Shown here: piece by piece, positions 53,351-64,000 of the stretch
How the letters are laid out: every line of letters starts with the position of its first letter
How positions within the stretch are numbered: the stretch's first letter is position 1
Assembly (NCBI RefSeq): GCF_009834535.1
Contig: NC_045704.1
Coordinates: forward strand, 43,710,001 to 43,774,000
Origin: Camelus ferus
Taxonomy: Eukaryota
Direction: 5' to 3'
DNA: 64,000 nt
Notes under the pieces: model-generated
Told to the model about the DNA's origin: nothing
The model's input: the letters and a program-made list of their open reading frames with translations, nothing else
Databases searched by the model: none
Translations under genes and position numbers: made by a program

Positions 53351-55674
53351 CGGCCAAGATCTTCCTCTCCACCTCGCTCCTGGAGCTGCCTGGTGCTCCA
53401 GGAAGAATCTGAGCTGTGACCATTGAAGGACATAAATTCGGAATTCATTTCTGAGCATTTAGTGTCAGAGGACCCAGACCAGCTGTGGTCTCTGCAGTCC
53501 AAACAGGACAAAGGGCAGGACTTGGATAACGGGAGGAGGAGGCTAATGTGAAAATAACGGGGGGAGGAGTGAGAGAGAAGGAAGGGCCAATATAAACTGC
53601 CCCTTCCCTTTCTGCACCTGTAGAGAGTAGGTTCTGTCCTCTCTCCCTTCCTGGACCTGTGATTGGAGGGGCCATCTTTGAAAGCCCCAGGTAAAGAGGC
53701 CAGAGGGTCCATGTATATACAGTGCAGTGATGTCAGTGAGGGTATATGCTGTTCACTGGGGTGCAGAGAAGGAACCATTCTGCCTTTGGGACACTCAGGC
53801 GTTGTTGTGGATGAGGGGACATCTGAGTCTTGGAGGATGGGCCCACAGCATGGAAGGAGGGAAGGGTATTCCAGGCCTAGGCAACAGCATCTGGTTTGGA
53901 AGTGCCAGGGGCTTAGCGAGTTCTCCCAGTACTGAGTGACGGAGGGAAGTAGGGGAAAGCCTGGCCATCCATGGGGTGGGAGGTCGCTATAGCTGCCAGG
54001 CCAGATAGTCTGGATTCTCTCTGATGGCCAGTGGGGGTCGGGCGACAGGTAGTTATGGTGGACATTCTGCTTGGCAGGAGACCTATTGTAGTTCAGGCTG
54101 GAGCAAGTCAGATTCCAATTCTGTCACTTAGTCTCTCTGAGCCTGTCTCCTTGTTTGTAAAATGGGGACAAGAGCCCAACTTCCAGGGAGTTGTCAGAGG
54201 CACTATTCTGTGGGGGTGGTGGGATGGGAGTGAGAGGTACTCAGACAGACTGTGATAGGAGGTGAGGTGACCATGGTGGGGTTGAGAGAGATGCTGATGA
54301 GACTCAGTGAGAGGAGGGGAGCAGCATTTGTCACAGATGGGACATGAAGGGAGATGGATAGACAAAGGGTATTTCTGGTCCCTGCTCATGGCCTGGGGTA
54401 AGGGCTGACATTTCAGAATGGCTAGGAAGAGTGCAATGACCAGAGAGGCATAACACAACACCAGATAGTGAGAGAGACCTGGGAGGCAGGATGGGGACTA
54501 GGACCAAATCCGCTCTCCCAGACCTAGAGCCAGGTAAGGAGGTAGAGGAGGGACCCTGAAGGAGGTGCTGTATGGACAAACGGAAGGCCAGGGGAGATGG
54601 GCTGAGAGAGGGTGTGGGCCAGGGCCTGACCTATTTGCCCCTTAATGCCGGGGGCCTTGCTGCCTGGGTCAGACCACCCAAAAGGAGGTGGGCCATTGTC
54701 CTTGTTAATAAGTGAACAAAGCAGATTAATTTCTGCCTAACACCTGCTGTTTGGTAGAGACAGTCTCTCAAAATGGGACAGTGCATGGAGGAAAACAGTG
54801 AAAGTTTGGCATTTGCTAGTAGCTTTCATGAGTTGGGCCCTAGGTACTTCAAGATGAAGGCTGTGAATCATACCCAGGGCAGCAAGGAGATAGTCTGGTC
54901 TCAGGTGATGTCAGGAGATCTTGGTCAGAGCGAAGACTGAAGTATCCCTCCTCAGATATTAGAGAACCAGGTGAAACCGCGAGACCACGTTAGGGTTACA
55001 ACATGGTGGTGGTATTGGTGGGGGGGGGGGGCAGGGGCAGGGCCTGTTCTAGACAGAAGGACCTCAGGGTCAGGATAAGGCGTCTGGACTTCTCCAGCAG
55101 GTGAGAGGAGCAGGGGAGGCTCTCAGCACTTTGGGGGGGATTTGGGGCTCTGCAAAGTCTAGGCTGGAAGTGAAAGGCTAGACTAAGTAAGTGGTGCAGT
55201 TGACAGAAATATTCAGCAGATAGCCTGGAAAGGACTTGAATGCAAGCTGAGTGTGTATCAGGATCAATCGTAGGTCTTTCTGCTCATTAAGTTCAGGAAG
55301 CAGATTGGGAAAGAGAAGTTGGTTTGGGATAAACTAGGTCTAAATCCATGCGGAATCTGCAAGTGGTGGGGGCTCAGGAGGAAGTCCTGTTTGAGGAGAG
55401 CTGTTAGAGTTCCTGGGATAGCGTAGAGGAGAAGAGAGCCACAGCAGACACCTAGGGACCGAAGGAGAAGCCTGAGGAGACAGAAGCGGCGAGAGAGGCT
55501 GGAGAATGAGTCCTTCGCTGTGCCGCGGAACTGTCCGGCCGCCGGCCACCGAGGTCGAGGTGAAATTAAACCCCAGCCACAGGTGTTAACTGGGGCCCTG
55601 GGAAAGAAATCAAGGGCAGGGGAGCTCCGGCCCCCCACTACCTATCTACCCCCACCTCCCCTGCAGCCCCCACC

Positions 55675-56538
55675 ATGGGCAACGCGCAGGAGAGGCCATC
55701 AGAGACGATCGACCGTGAGCGGAAACGCTTAGTCGAAACACTGCAGGCGGACTCAGGGCTGCTGCTGGATGCGCTTCTGGCACGCGGCGTTCTCACCGGG
55801 CCCGAGTACGAGGCTTTGGATGCGTTGCCTGATGCCGAGCGCAGGGTGCGCCGCCTGCTGCTGTTGGTTCAGAGTAAGGGCGAGGCCGCCTGCCGGGAGC
55901 TGCTCAGCTGCGCCCAGCGTACCACGCGCGCGCCTGACCCGGCCTGGGACTGGCAGCACGTGGGCACCGGTGAGCGCGTGGGGGGGGGGGCGGGGCCTAG
56001 ACCTAAGGAGGACGCATGGCGTGAGGAGGGGCGTGGGGACACGGAGTTGCGGTCTGCGGAAAAGAACCACACGTGTACAGAGGAAAACGCAGTGGGGTAA
56101 ATTGAACCTAAGGCAGTCCCACCTTTGCAGGCTACCGGGAACGAAGCTACGACCCTCCATGCCCAGGCCACTGGACGCCTGAGGCAGCCGGCTCAGGGAC
56201 CGCATGCCCTGGGCTACCTAGAGCTTCAGACTCTGATGAGACCAGGGGTCCTGAGGACTCCGAGGCAGCGCACTCTGGAACCCTCGAGGAACCCGAGCCG
56301 GAGCTAGAAGCTGAGGCCCCTGAAGGGGCTGAGCCAGAGTTAGAACCCCAAATGGATCCGGAGCCAGAGGCAGAGGCAGAACCAGAGCCTGAACTGGAGC
56401 CGGAACCTGACTTTGAGGCAGGAGACGAGTCTGAAGGTGTGCGGTTACCCAAACCTGGCGGGAGGGCGAGGCCTGGGAGGCGAAGGTCAGGGCTCCACCT
56501 GACTGATCACGCCCCTTCCGTTGTCTCTAGATTCCTGA
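55675..56538 (+). CDS. NOL3: Apoptosis repressor with CARD (ARC, nucleolar protein 3), 202 aa, 3 coding exons
   Basis: Exons 55675-55969, 56131-56436, 56531-56538, total 609 nt. CARD ([73 protein letters not shown]), Pro/Glu-rich tail ([21 protein letters not shown]), and T149 in a T-x-x-E CK2 motif. Confidence 0.96.
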
Positions 56539-56651
56539 AGGCCATAGCGCTGTCAGACTGTTCTACGCCCTGGCAGGATAGGATCTGGGATCCTGCCCTG
56601 TTGGGGTCAGATGCCAACAAGGCTCCACCTGGCCCAGTACCACTGAAAGTT

Positions 56652-56657
56652 AATAAA
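56652..56657 (+). terminator. NOL3: Proximal poly(A) signal of NOL3
   Basis: AATAAA about 115 nt after the stop. Confidence 0.55.
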
Positions 56658-58265
56658 CTCTGGAGGGTCAGCCTGGACTCTGTGATTCTAGATTTTTGCC
56701 CAGGAACTAGGGTGTGGATCTGTGCCTCTAAGTCCCAGTGATCCGGGCAGCCATGTGCCCACGGCCCATTCTTCAGCCCCATTCCATCCTCAATAGCCCA
56801 AGCTGCACCACTGGAGATCCCAGACCCAGGTCCCCAGTGGGACAAGGGCCACACTCTTGGGCCCTGCTCCAAGGCCCTTTTATTCTCATGAACCATTTGA
56901 GGTCATGTGCAGTCACCAGCCCCAGTCCGTGAAAGCCCCTGGGTCTGGCACAGAGAGCCAGGAAAGGGGGACTTCTCTCCACTTAGGGGGCGCTAGAGCT
57001 CACAGCCTCGGGAAGTGAAATAAGGAGAAAGAGGAAGAGATCTTGGGTAGACAGAGCCCACACACTTCACTGTAATTGTTGTTTTAATTGGCTTCTCTAA
57101 GGACTGGGAGCTCAGTACGTGTTCTGGCCAGTTAACTGGCACATTGAAGGTGCTCTATACATATTCACTGACTAAATGAATAAGAACTTTTCAGCTGCAT
57201 TCACGAGTTTTCAGATGGGAAAACTAAGGCCAAGGGTGGGAGTGGGACTGGGTCAGCCTCACACAGCTGATTCTGAGATGAAACTGAAAGCAACAATCAT
57301 CTCGATGCCACTCCTGGTCTAGGAAGGGCTCAGGGCTTGGAACAACTAGGGGCCTGCCCCTCAGGCTTGATTGTGGCTGCTGCCAGACTATGCCAGCCTC
57401 TGCCAAACACCATCTATGAGTGTGTAGGCAAAGATAGGGACAGCGGAGGCCAGTTCAGGGGGTGAGGGCAGGGCCAAGTGGGCTCTCGGCTCGACTCACA
57501 AGGCCCGTGGGTATGTGTGCACATGTGCACATGTGCACGTGTGTATGAGCTAAGAGTGGAGCTAGGAACAGTTGGTGCCTTCCAGAGGAGCCCTGTTCCC
57601 TCCACCAAACCTTCAGAAACTGCTGCCTCCCGGCCCCAGGAAATAAAGCACATAAACAAGGAATAAATACATGACAGTGGGAGAGGCAAAATGCTGGAAA
57701 GCATACCCCAGCCCAGCTGGGTCTCTACTGCCAGGATACCTGCCCCTTGAGTCTGTGTGTAAGCCAAGACTTCACACTCAGGCAATCACCCCAGGAGAAG
57801 GGAGACCCCCACCAGGACCCAGTGAGAGGTAGACAGCATGAAAGCTGAAGGAGCACCAAGGGGCCAGGTGGGGGAGGAAATGACTGGAGTATGCAGACAC
57901 CCAAAGCCATCTCATGCAAGGATAAGTTTCTACTCCCAAACCACCCCCACCCCCATCCATGATCAGCTTCCTTCCTGCCCCCAGGCTTTCCCTCTGCTCA
58001 ACAGACAGCTGGAGGTAGGGGGGCAGACTTAGTTTGCCTGACATGCTGCTGTTGGCCCTCAGGCCCCAGTAAGGCCAGCAAAGGACACAAACTCTCTGAT
58101 GTTGCCACTTGTCCCTCCTGAGATGCTCCTGCCCTCCCTGTTCCCCAAGAAACACCCAGGCTCTGGAAACACAGAGCAGACAGCTTCATGTTCTGGGGGC
58201 TGATCTGGAGCCCTCTGACCAGGGCCTCTCTGTCCAGGTCTGCTACCTATAGCCTTCAACCAGCA

Positions 58266-60183
58266 TCAGTCAGGCAGCAGGCGGCCCAGCTCCGCCTCAT
58301 CCAGCCGGTTGGTGGCCATGATGTGCTCCAGCTGCTGCCGGTAGCGCGCCAAGTCCTGCATGAAGTGGGGCACCCGGGTATTGTCCAGCACCCCATGGGG
58401 CCGAAGGTGGTCTACATCTTCATAGGACACCTGCAGGAAGGAAGCTGGGCCTCAGGGGTAGGCAGAATGTCCATGCTTTCAGGCAGCTGCTCCCAGCTCT
58501 CTTGCAACAGCCCATAGCCCTGTGCTCCTGGAACTCCTCTCTCTGCCCTCCTGATCCACTCCCAACATTGTGTACCCTGAGACTCAGTCCTAGGTATCTG
58601 CTCTTTCTCTCAATACCTTCTTTTATTATCTGTGCCCTACAATCCCACTCCTGTCCCTAGTCCAGCTTCCCCCCTCACCGCCAAACCTGGGTATCCAACT
58701 GCCTTCCAAACACCTTCCCTTGGCTATCTCTCAGGCACCTCAGACTCCCCATATCCAATGCTGAATTCCTATGTCCCAGCTTATGCCAGCCTCACCCTCT
58801 TCACAGTCCCCTAGGTCGATTCCAAGGAGGAGGCTTAGAATCTGTCACTCTCCCAGAGTGGCCACTCAGTTAAAAAGGATTCCACTCTCTGAAGATCTCT
58901 CCAGCTTGCCCCTCCCTCTCCAACTGCATGGCCTCTGAGAGGTTAGGCCAGACTACCATCAATTCTGCAAGAGTGATTGGAAAGGCCTCCTCCTCTTCTC
59001 CCTGCACTCCCTTCCCTGGGCCTCCCCTTCCACAGGGAGCCTTCTAAAGCAAACATCTGTGCTACTCTTCTGCTTAAAGCTCTCAGATTCCTCACTGCTT
59101 TGGATGAAGTACACCTTCCTCAGTCTGGCACAGATACCCAGTGCCAGGGACTTGGTCCCTGGCCATTTCTCCAGTCTCCTTGGCCAGGCCTTCCTGACTG
59201 TTCCCTTAGCCTGGAAGGCTCACCTGTTTTGAGATGCAGTGTCTACACACACACACCTGTGGGCTGGGTCTCTACTATTGGCTGCCAGACTGTCATTTCA
59301 TCTCCTGTGCTCACCTCCACCCACACTCCCCCAATCAGAGAGGCCTGGCACCCAATGAGAGGCTCAGGGAATAGTGAAGTGATGGGGAGAACTGGCTGTG
59401 ACTTCTGAAGGCCCGTGGCCCCTCACCTTGCCCAGCGAGGTCAGTAGCGGGAAATCGATGGTCTGGCGATGCCGCAGAATGCGCACGATGCCGTCTAGGT
59501 ACACCTGGTCCTTGCTGAAGCAGCCTGTGGATACCGGAGGGTGGTAAGCCCTAGGCCGAAGCCCCACCCTAACCCCCTGCCCCCTAGATCAGGACACTCC
59601 CCCAGCGTGGGCGCCCACCCGGCAGCGAAGTGTCTGTCTGGCCACGCTTGGCGCGCACGCAGTACTCCCAGCGCACATCCGCGTCCTGCACGTAGCGCGC
59701 CAGGTCCTGGAAGAGCTGACGGAAGGACATGCGCGCAGCGCGGTGGATGGTGTAGTAGAGCAACGCTGCGCGCCACAGGAAGGGCTGCTTGCGGAACAGC
59801 ACGCTGTGTAGGCTGGCCAGGCCCTCCTCGGTGGGGTTTGCTGGCCGCAGCCCGTACTGCAACCGGCCCTCAGCGCTGTGCCACGGCTGCCGCGCGTTGT
59901 TCACACCCCGAAGGTAGTGGGTACCTGAGGGGAGTAGGAGGCTGCGCTTGGCCAGGCATCCAGGGGACCCATCTGCCTGGCCTGGGCCCTGCTATGCCCA
60001 GCTGGACCTGTAGCTGATGACTCACTTATCCTCATGCCCCTAAACTCAGTTTCTCACGCAAGTTCCCTCGACCCCAAACTCATACTCACCCAACCCTAGG
60101 CAGCATGAAGACCCTCCTCAGGTGAACTCGCATGCAAGGATTCAGAATCTCGCATGCAAGAATCCTCCCCAACCTGTCCAGGG

Positions 60184-60225
<42 letters not shown>

Positions 60226-62065
60226 CTCCCAAACTCACACTGCCCCCCAACCCCTAGAAAGGAGCAGGAACTCATATACCTCCCTGGCCCCACATCCGGC
60301 GCAATGCCCATATTCTGCTGATGTCCCCAGCAAAAACCACCTTTTGCCCAGAGCAACAGGATTCCTGATGAGGAGGGCCAGGCAAAAAATAATAGTAGTG
60401 TCCCAAGCTCTCCTTTCCAGCCTGGACTATCCCCTCCTAAACCCAGCTCAGTGTGTCTTCAGCCAATTCCATTCCCAGGATCTGAAATTCCACCCACCCT
60501 GGAAGGCCTGCATGTTGGCTGGGCTAGTGGGACACTTAGGGTCCTCCCTCTGGCCTCTCTGGGCCTCAGCAGTCTTGCCCCCCTGTCAAGGAAAATCAAA
60601 GAGGAAGTAGAGGGAAGAAAAGATACCCAAAAGGAACAAGAGATGAGAGTGAGCCCAGAGAGTGGGCAGGCATGTACCTCTGTGAGCCAGAGGGAAGAAG
60701 TAGCTGCTCACGAAGGGAAGGGGCCTGTCCTCCGGAGGGAAGGGGGAAAAAGAAAAGGGGTGGGGTTACTGGAGCCCCTCACTGCCCCCCATGTCCCAAC
60801 CCCATCTCACCCCTACAGACCCACCCACCCACCTACCCACACCCTGACCTATCTCGTGCCGCAGCATGCCCTCCAACCAATACTGGCGGGCTCCAGTCAG
60901 GTTGATGGCCAATGTTGGTCGGCTGTTCTCCACCATCATCACTGCCTGGGACAGCAGGTCCTCACTCAGCTGCACCACAACCTGTAAGCGGCAGTGCCCT
61001 GAGCCATGGACACCAGCCCTGGGGCCAGTGTGCAGGTAGACCCACTGATGTCACAGGGAAGCCAGGTTGGACACTTGGCCAGGACACCCACCCTTTCCCA
61101 CCTCTGCTCAGTGGCAGCTCCCACCTTCCTGGGGCAGGGACAGGGACAGGGACATGGGCTTGCCTGTGGTCACAAGCTCCAACAGCGTGGAGCTGGGCCT
61201 GGCACTGCCAACTTGGCAGCCTGGTTTGGGGCATGTGGAAAAGGGGCCTCACAGGCAGGGCAAGCTCACCTCCCCGACACAGCCCTCCTTCTGCATGTAT
61301 TTGCGCACAATGGACCAGATCTGGCACTTGGTCAGCAGCTGGCCCCCAGTTGCAGCCTCAAAGTGTTCATAGGTGCCAAACTTCTCCAGGACAGCCTCAA
61401 TGATGCCAACTGCCTGCACAAAGGGCCACAGTAGTGGGTAAGGCCAGGTCTCTCAGATGGTCAGAGCCAGGGTGAGGTGGGCAATCTGGACTGACCTGAT
61501 GGATGAACTGTCCAGAGGCCTCACAGTACTTCTCCAGCACAGCCGTAGGCATGGGCTCCTGGTACTCGAACTGTGGATTGTAGGTGTACTGGGACTGGAA
61601 GAACTTGTCCCGCTCATAGTCCATGTTGGTTGGCCGCAGAGCCACCAACATGCAGGGGCTTTTGCTGGCACCACGGCCTGCATCCTTTCGAGTCTTAGCA
61701 ATGTGAGGCAGGGAGGCCGCAGACCGCAGGGTGCCCCCACCTGGGCTCCGGCCTCGTCCAGGTGTGGCCCGGCCCTGGGTGCCGCTCCCCTGCCGACCAG
61801 CACTGTTTATGGTGTAGGTGCTCTCACTGCGACGCATGTGGCCTTGGTGGCCCAATTGCAGCTTTGAGAAGGGCTGCAGCTCAGGCCTGGGCCGCAGGGC
61901 TGAGGGGACAGACACAGCCAGGGGCAAGGCCAGAGACTGAGACCAGGGGTACAGTGCTGTTCCATTTTGGTCTGAGGGCTTCAGCCTATGGCCCAAGGAT
62001 GAGGGACTGGCTGGTGGGCTGGGGGGTGTCTGCTCATACACCTGAGCCCCTGAGTCCAGCACCAT
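58266..62065 (-). CDS. MATCAP1: Microtubule-associated tyrosine carboxypeptidase 1 (KIAA0895L), 471 aa, 6 coding exons
   Basis: Exons (minus): 62065-61496, 61413-61270, 60981-60849, 59924-59619, 59524-59427, 58430-58266, total 1416 nt. The zinc-metalloprotease motif HEIGTH (H280-E281-H285, split by an intron) and downstream PTEEG are present. Acceptor at 62122-62123. The non-coding exon 1 is probably beyond the window. Confidence 0.96.
60187..60224. repeat. (CA)19 microsatellite in MATCAP1 intron
   Basis: Direct reading. Confidence 0.95.
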
Positions 62066-62499
62066 TCTGTTCTGGGGGTCACATCCAGCCAGATCACTCC
62101 AATTCCCCACACTGTTGACTTCTGGGGACACAGAAAGGCATATGGAGGCCAACATGAGTGAGTGTGGCATGAGGACCAGCAGGCCCTGTGCGCCACACTG
62201 TCTTTGCCAGGCACTTGATGGGCCCAGAACCTGATGCCAGGTCTTCTTCACCTGCCCTCTTACCTCCATCCCACTGTCTACCCCTCCAGCAGGCTCATCC
62301 AAGCAAGCTGGACTGGGGCAAAGCTGGAGGAAGAGTCTTATACACCTACCAGGATGGTGGTTACTCAAATCCCCTTAGCCTGTGAGCTCCCGTGAGCAAG
62401 GCATAAGCACCTACTCATGATTTAATCCCTGTGCTCAGCACCCACCCTGACTGGAAGCTGGTACAATGTAGCCTCAGCTGCTAGGATGACGGATGAGGG

Positions 62500-64000
62500 G
62501 ATCTCACTACCTTATACCTGCCTTCTACCTATGGCATTTTCTCAGTCTCACCCCGCCCCTCCCACCTAGCTCCACCCATCTCCTTCAGCCCATTGGGCCT
62601 CAGTTTGAATGCCTGCATGTCCCTTGCTTATGTCAGTCCCTCCACCTGGAATGCTCTCTCTTCTCTGGGCCATCTGTTCAAATCCAAATTAGAATCAGCT
62701 TTTGGTGTACAGAGGGAAAATTCAGCAAATCCAAGGCAGTCCTTGGTATGTCCCCTATCAGAGACATCTTCCTAGTGGTCATCCAAGGCCACTGTCAGGA
62801 CACTCACCCCTGAATCTGAACTATGGCTCAGTCCAATCCAGTCTCTCCCCAGAAACTGACTGAAGGCTCCAGCCTCCAAGCTCTCCTGCCTGCTCAGGGA
62901 CGCAATTCCAGCATTTCTCCTCTCTCCTTCATCTCCTACATCATCAATCTCTTCCTTTCTACTGAATTCTTCCCATCAGCATAAACACAAGCTGGGGGTG
63001 GTGGTAGCTGGGTATAGCTAAGTGATAGAGCACATGCTTAGTGTGCACAAGGTCCTGGGTTCAATCCCCAAGACCTCCATTACAAAAAAAAAAAAAAAGA
63101 TAAACACATGCTGTTATTTTTTCATCTTAAAAAACAAAACCCTCACTTGACACCACACTCTTCCAGCTCCACTGTTCCTCAGGGCAGCACACCACCTCGA
63201 GTCATCTATACTTGGTTCCCAATTTCTTCCTTGCTGTTCTTGCTTAAATTTCTCTCCAATTAGGCTCCCCCCGCAGTCTCCATCAAAACTGATCTGACCA
63301 AGGTCACCATGGTCTTCATCTTAATTAGTAGAAACTGACAAAGTTAATCACTTCATTTTGGTTTGACCACGTTCTCCACTTGGTTCCCAAATACACCGGA
63401 ACACAGTTCTCCCACCTCACTGGCTGTTTGTTCTTGGTATTCCTTTCTGGTCATCCCTATCTTCCTGACCTCTTAACACTGTAATGCCCTGAACCTGGAA
63501 ACTTCTCTCCTCTTCTCCATTTATGCACACTCCCTAGGTGATCTCATCTACCCTCATGGTTTTAAATATGTGAGCCCAGATTTCTTCCAAAAACTTCAGC
63601 ATTGCCAGTTCTCAATTCAACATCTTTACTTGAATGTATACAGGCATTTCAAACTGAACATGTCCCCTGTCTGGAATGTTTTCCCCCCATATAACTGCAA
63701 GGGTCACTCTCTCACTTTCCTCAGATTTCTGTACAAATATGTTATTAGAAAAGCCTGCCTAATACACCCTTTATAAAATAGGAAACCTCCCTTCCCCTCT
63801 CCACCACAACCTCCCTTTCCCCACACTACTGTCCTCTGAAGCAGTAATCACTGTCTGAAGTATAGTATATGCGAAGATTAGTTATGTTTTCCCCTTTTAA
63901 GTGTTCACAGCTGTGTCTCCAGAACAGTACCTGACCCAGAGCAGTTGCTCAGTAAACGAAAGAACCCAAGAGCCCTTTTCTTTGTCAGAAATGGAATCAT
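62500..64000. mobile_element. L2 LINE fragments (interrupted by the SINE)
   Basis: CCTCCACCTGGAATGCTCTC, CACTCCCTAGGTGATCTCATC, CAGGCATTTCAAACTGAACATGTCC and CAGTTGCTCAGTAAA motifs. Confidence 0.6.
62995..63099 (+). mobile_element. tRNA-Ala-derived SINE, camelid vic-1-like, short poly(A) form
   Basis: GGTATAGCTAAGTGATAGAGCACATGCTTAGTGTGCACAAGGTCCTGGGTTCAATCCCC, then a poly(A) tail. 14-bp TSD ATAAACACA(A/T)GCTG at 62981-62994 and 63100-63113. Confidence 0.85.

Noticed and set aside
53378-53403. 9-bp stem hairpin TCCTGGAGC...GCTCCAGGA
   Set aside because: Short enough to arise by chance in GC-rich sequence.
52636-53458. Minus-strand ORFs of 201 aa and 240 aa in the HSF4-NOL3 interval
   Set aside because: They sit in a CpG island where stops are rare, have low-complexity composition and show no recognisable homology or splice structure. 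Conservation analysis would be needed to revive them.

Overview
Mammalian (eutherian) genomic DNA, not microbial. The window is syntenic to human 16q22.1: end of the CBFB 3'UTR (+), PHAF1/C16orf70 (+, 16 coding exons, exon 8 hidden in an N gap), B3GNT9 (-), TRADD (-), FBXL8 (+), HSF4 (+), NOL3/ARC (+) and the coding exons of MATCAP1/KIAA0895L (-). I rebuilt each reading frame by hand from GT-AG boundaries, and all splice phases close except across the PHAF1 gap. Protein comparisons are to human sequences recalled from memory, not database searches. Two tRNA-Ala-derived SINEs of the camelid (vic-1-like) type suggest a camel, alpaca or relative (inference). Intergenic and intronic DNA is mostly old repeats (MIR, L2, L1, MLT1, MER), whose family names and edges are approximate. 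I see no evidence of a wholly new protein system. The best leads are at the RNA level: a near-perfect L2-derived hairpin in a PHAF1 intron, a tandem array of 5' splice-site motifs in the PHAF1 5'UTR, a strong splice donor 5 nt before the FBXL8 poly(A) signal (FBXL8/HSF4 coupling), a truncated Nop30 frame in NOL3, tandem HIF motifs at a distal NOL3 CpG island, and two convergent 3'UTR overlaps.
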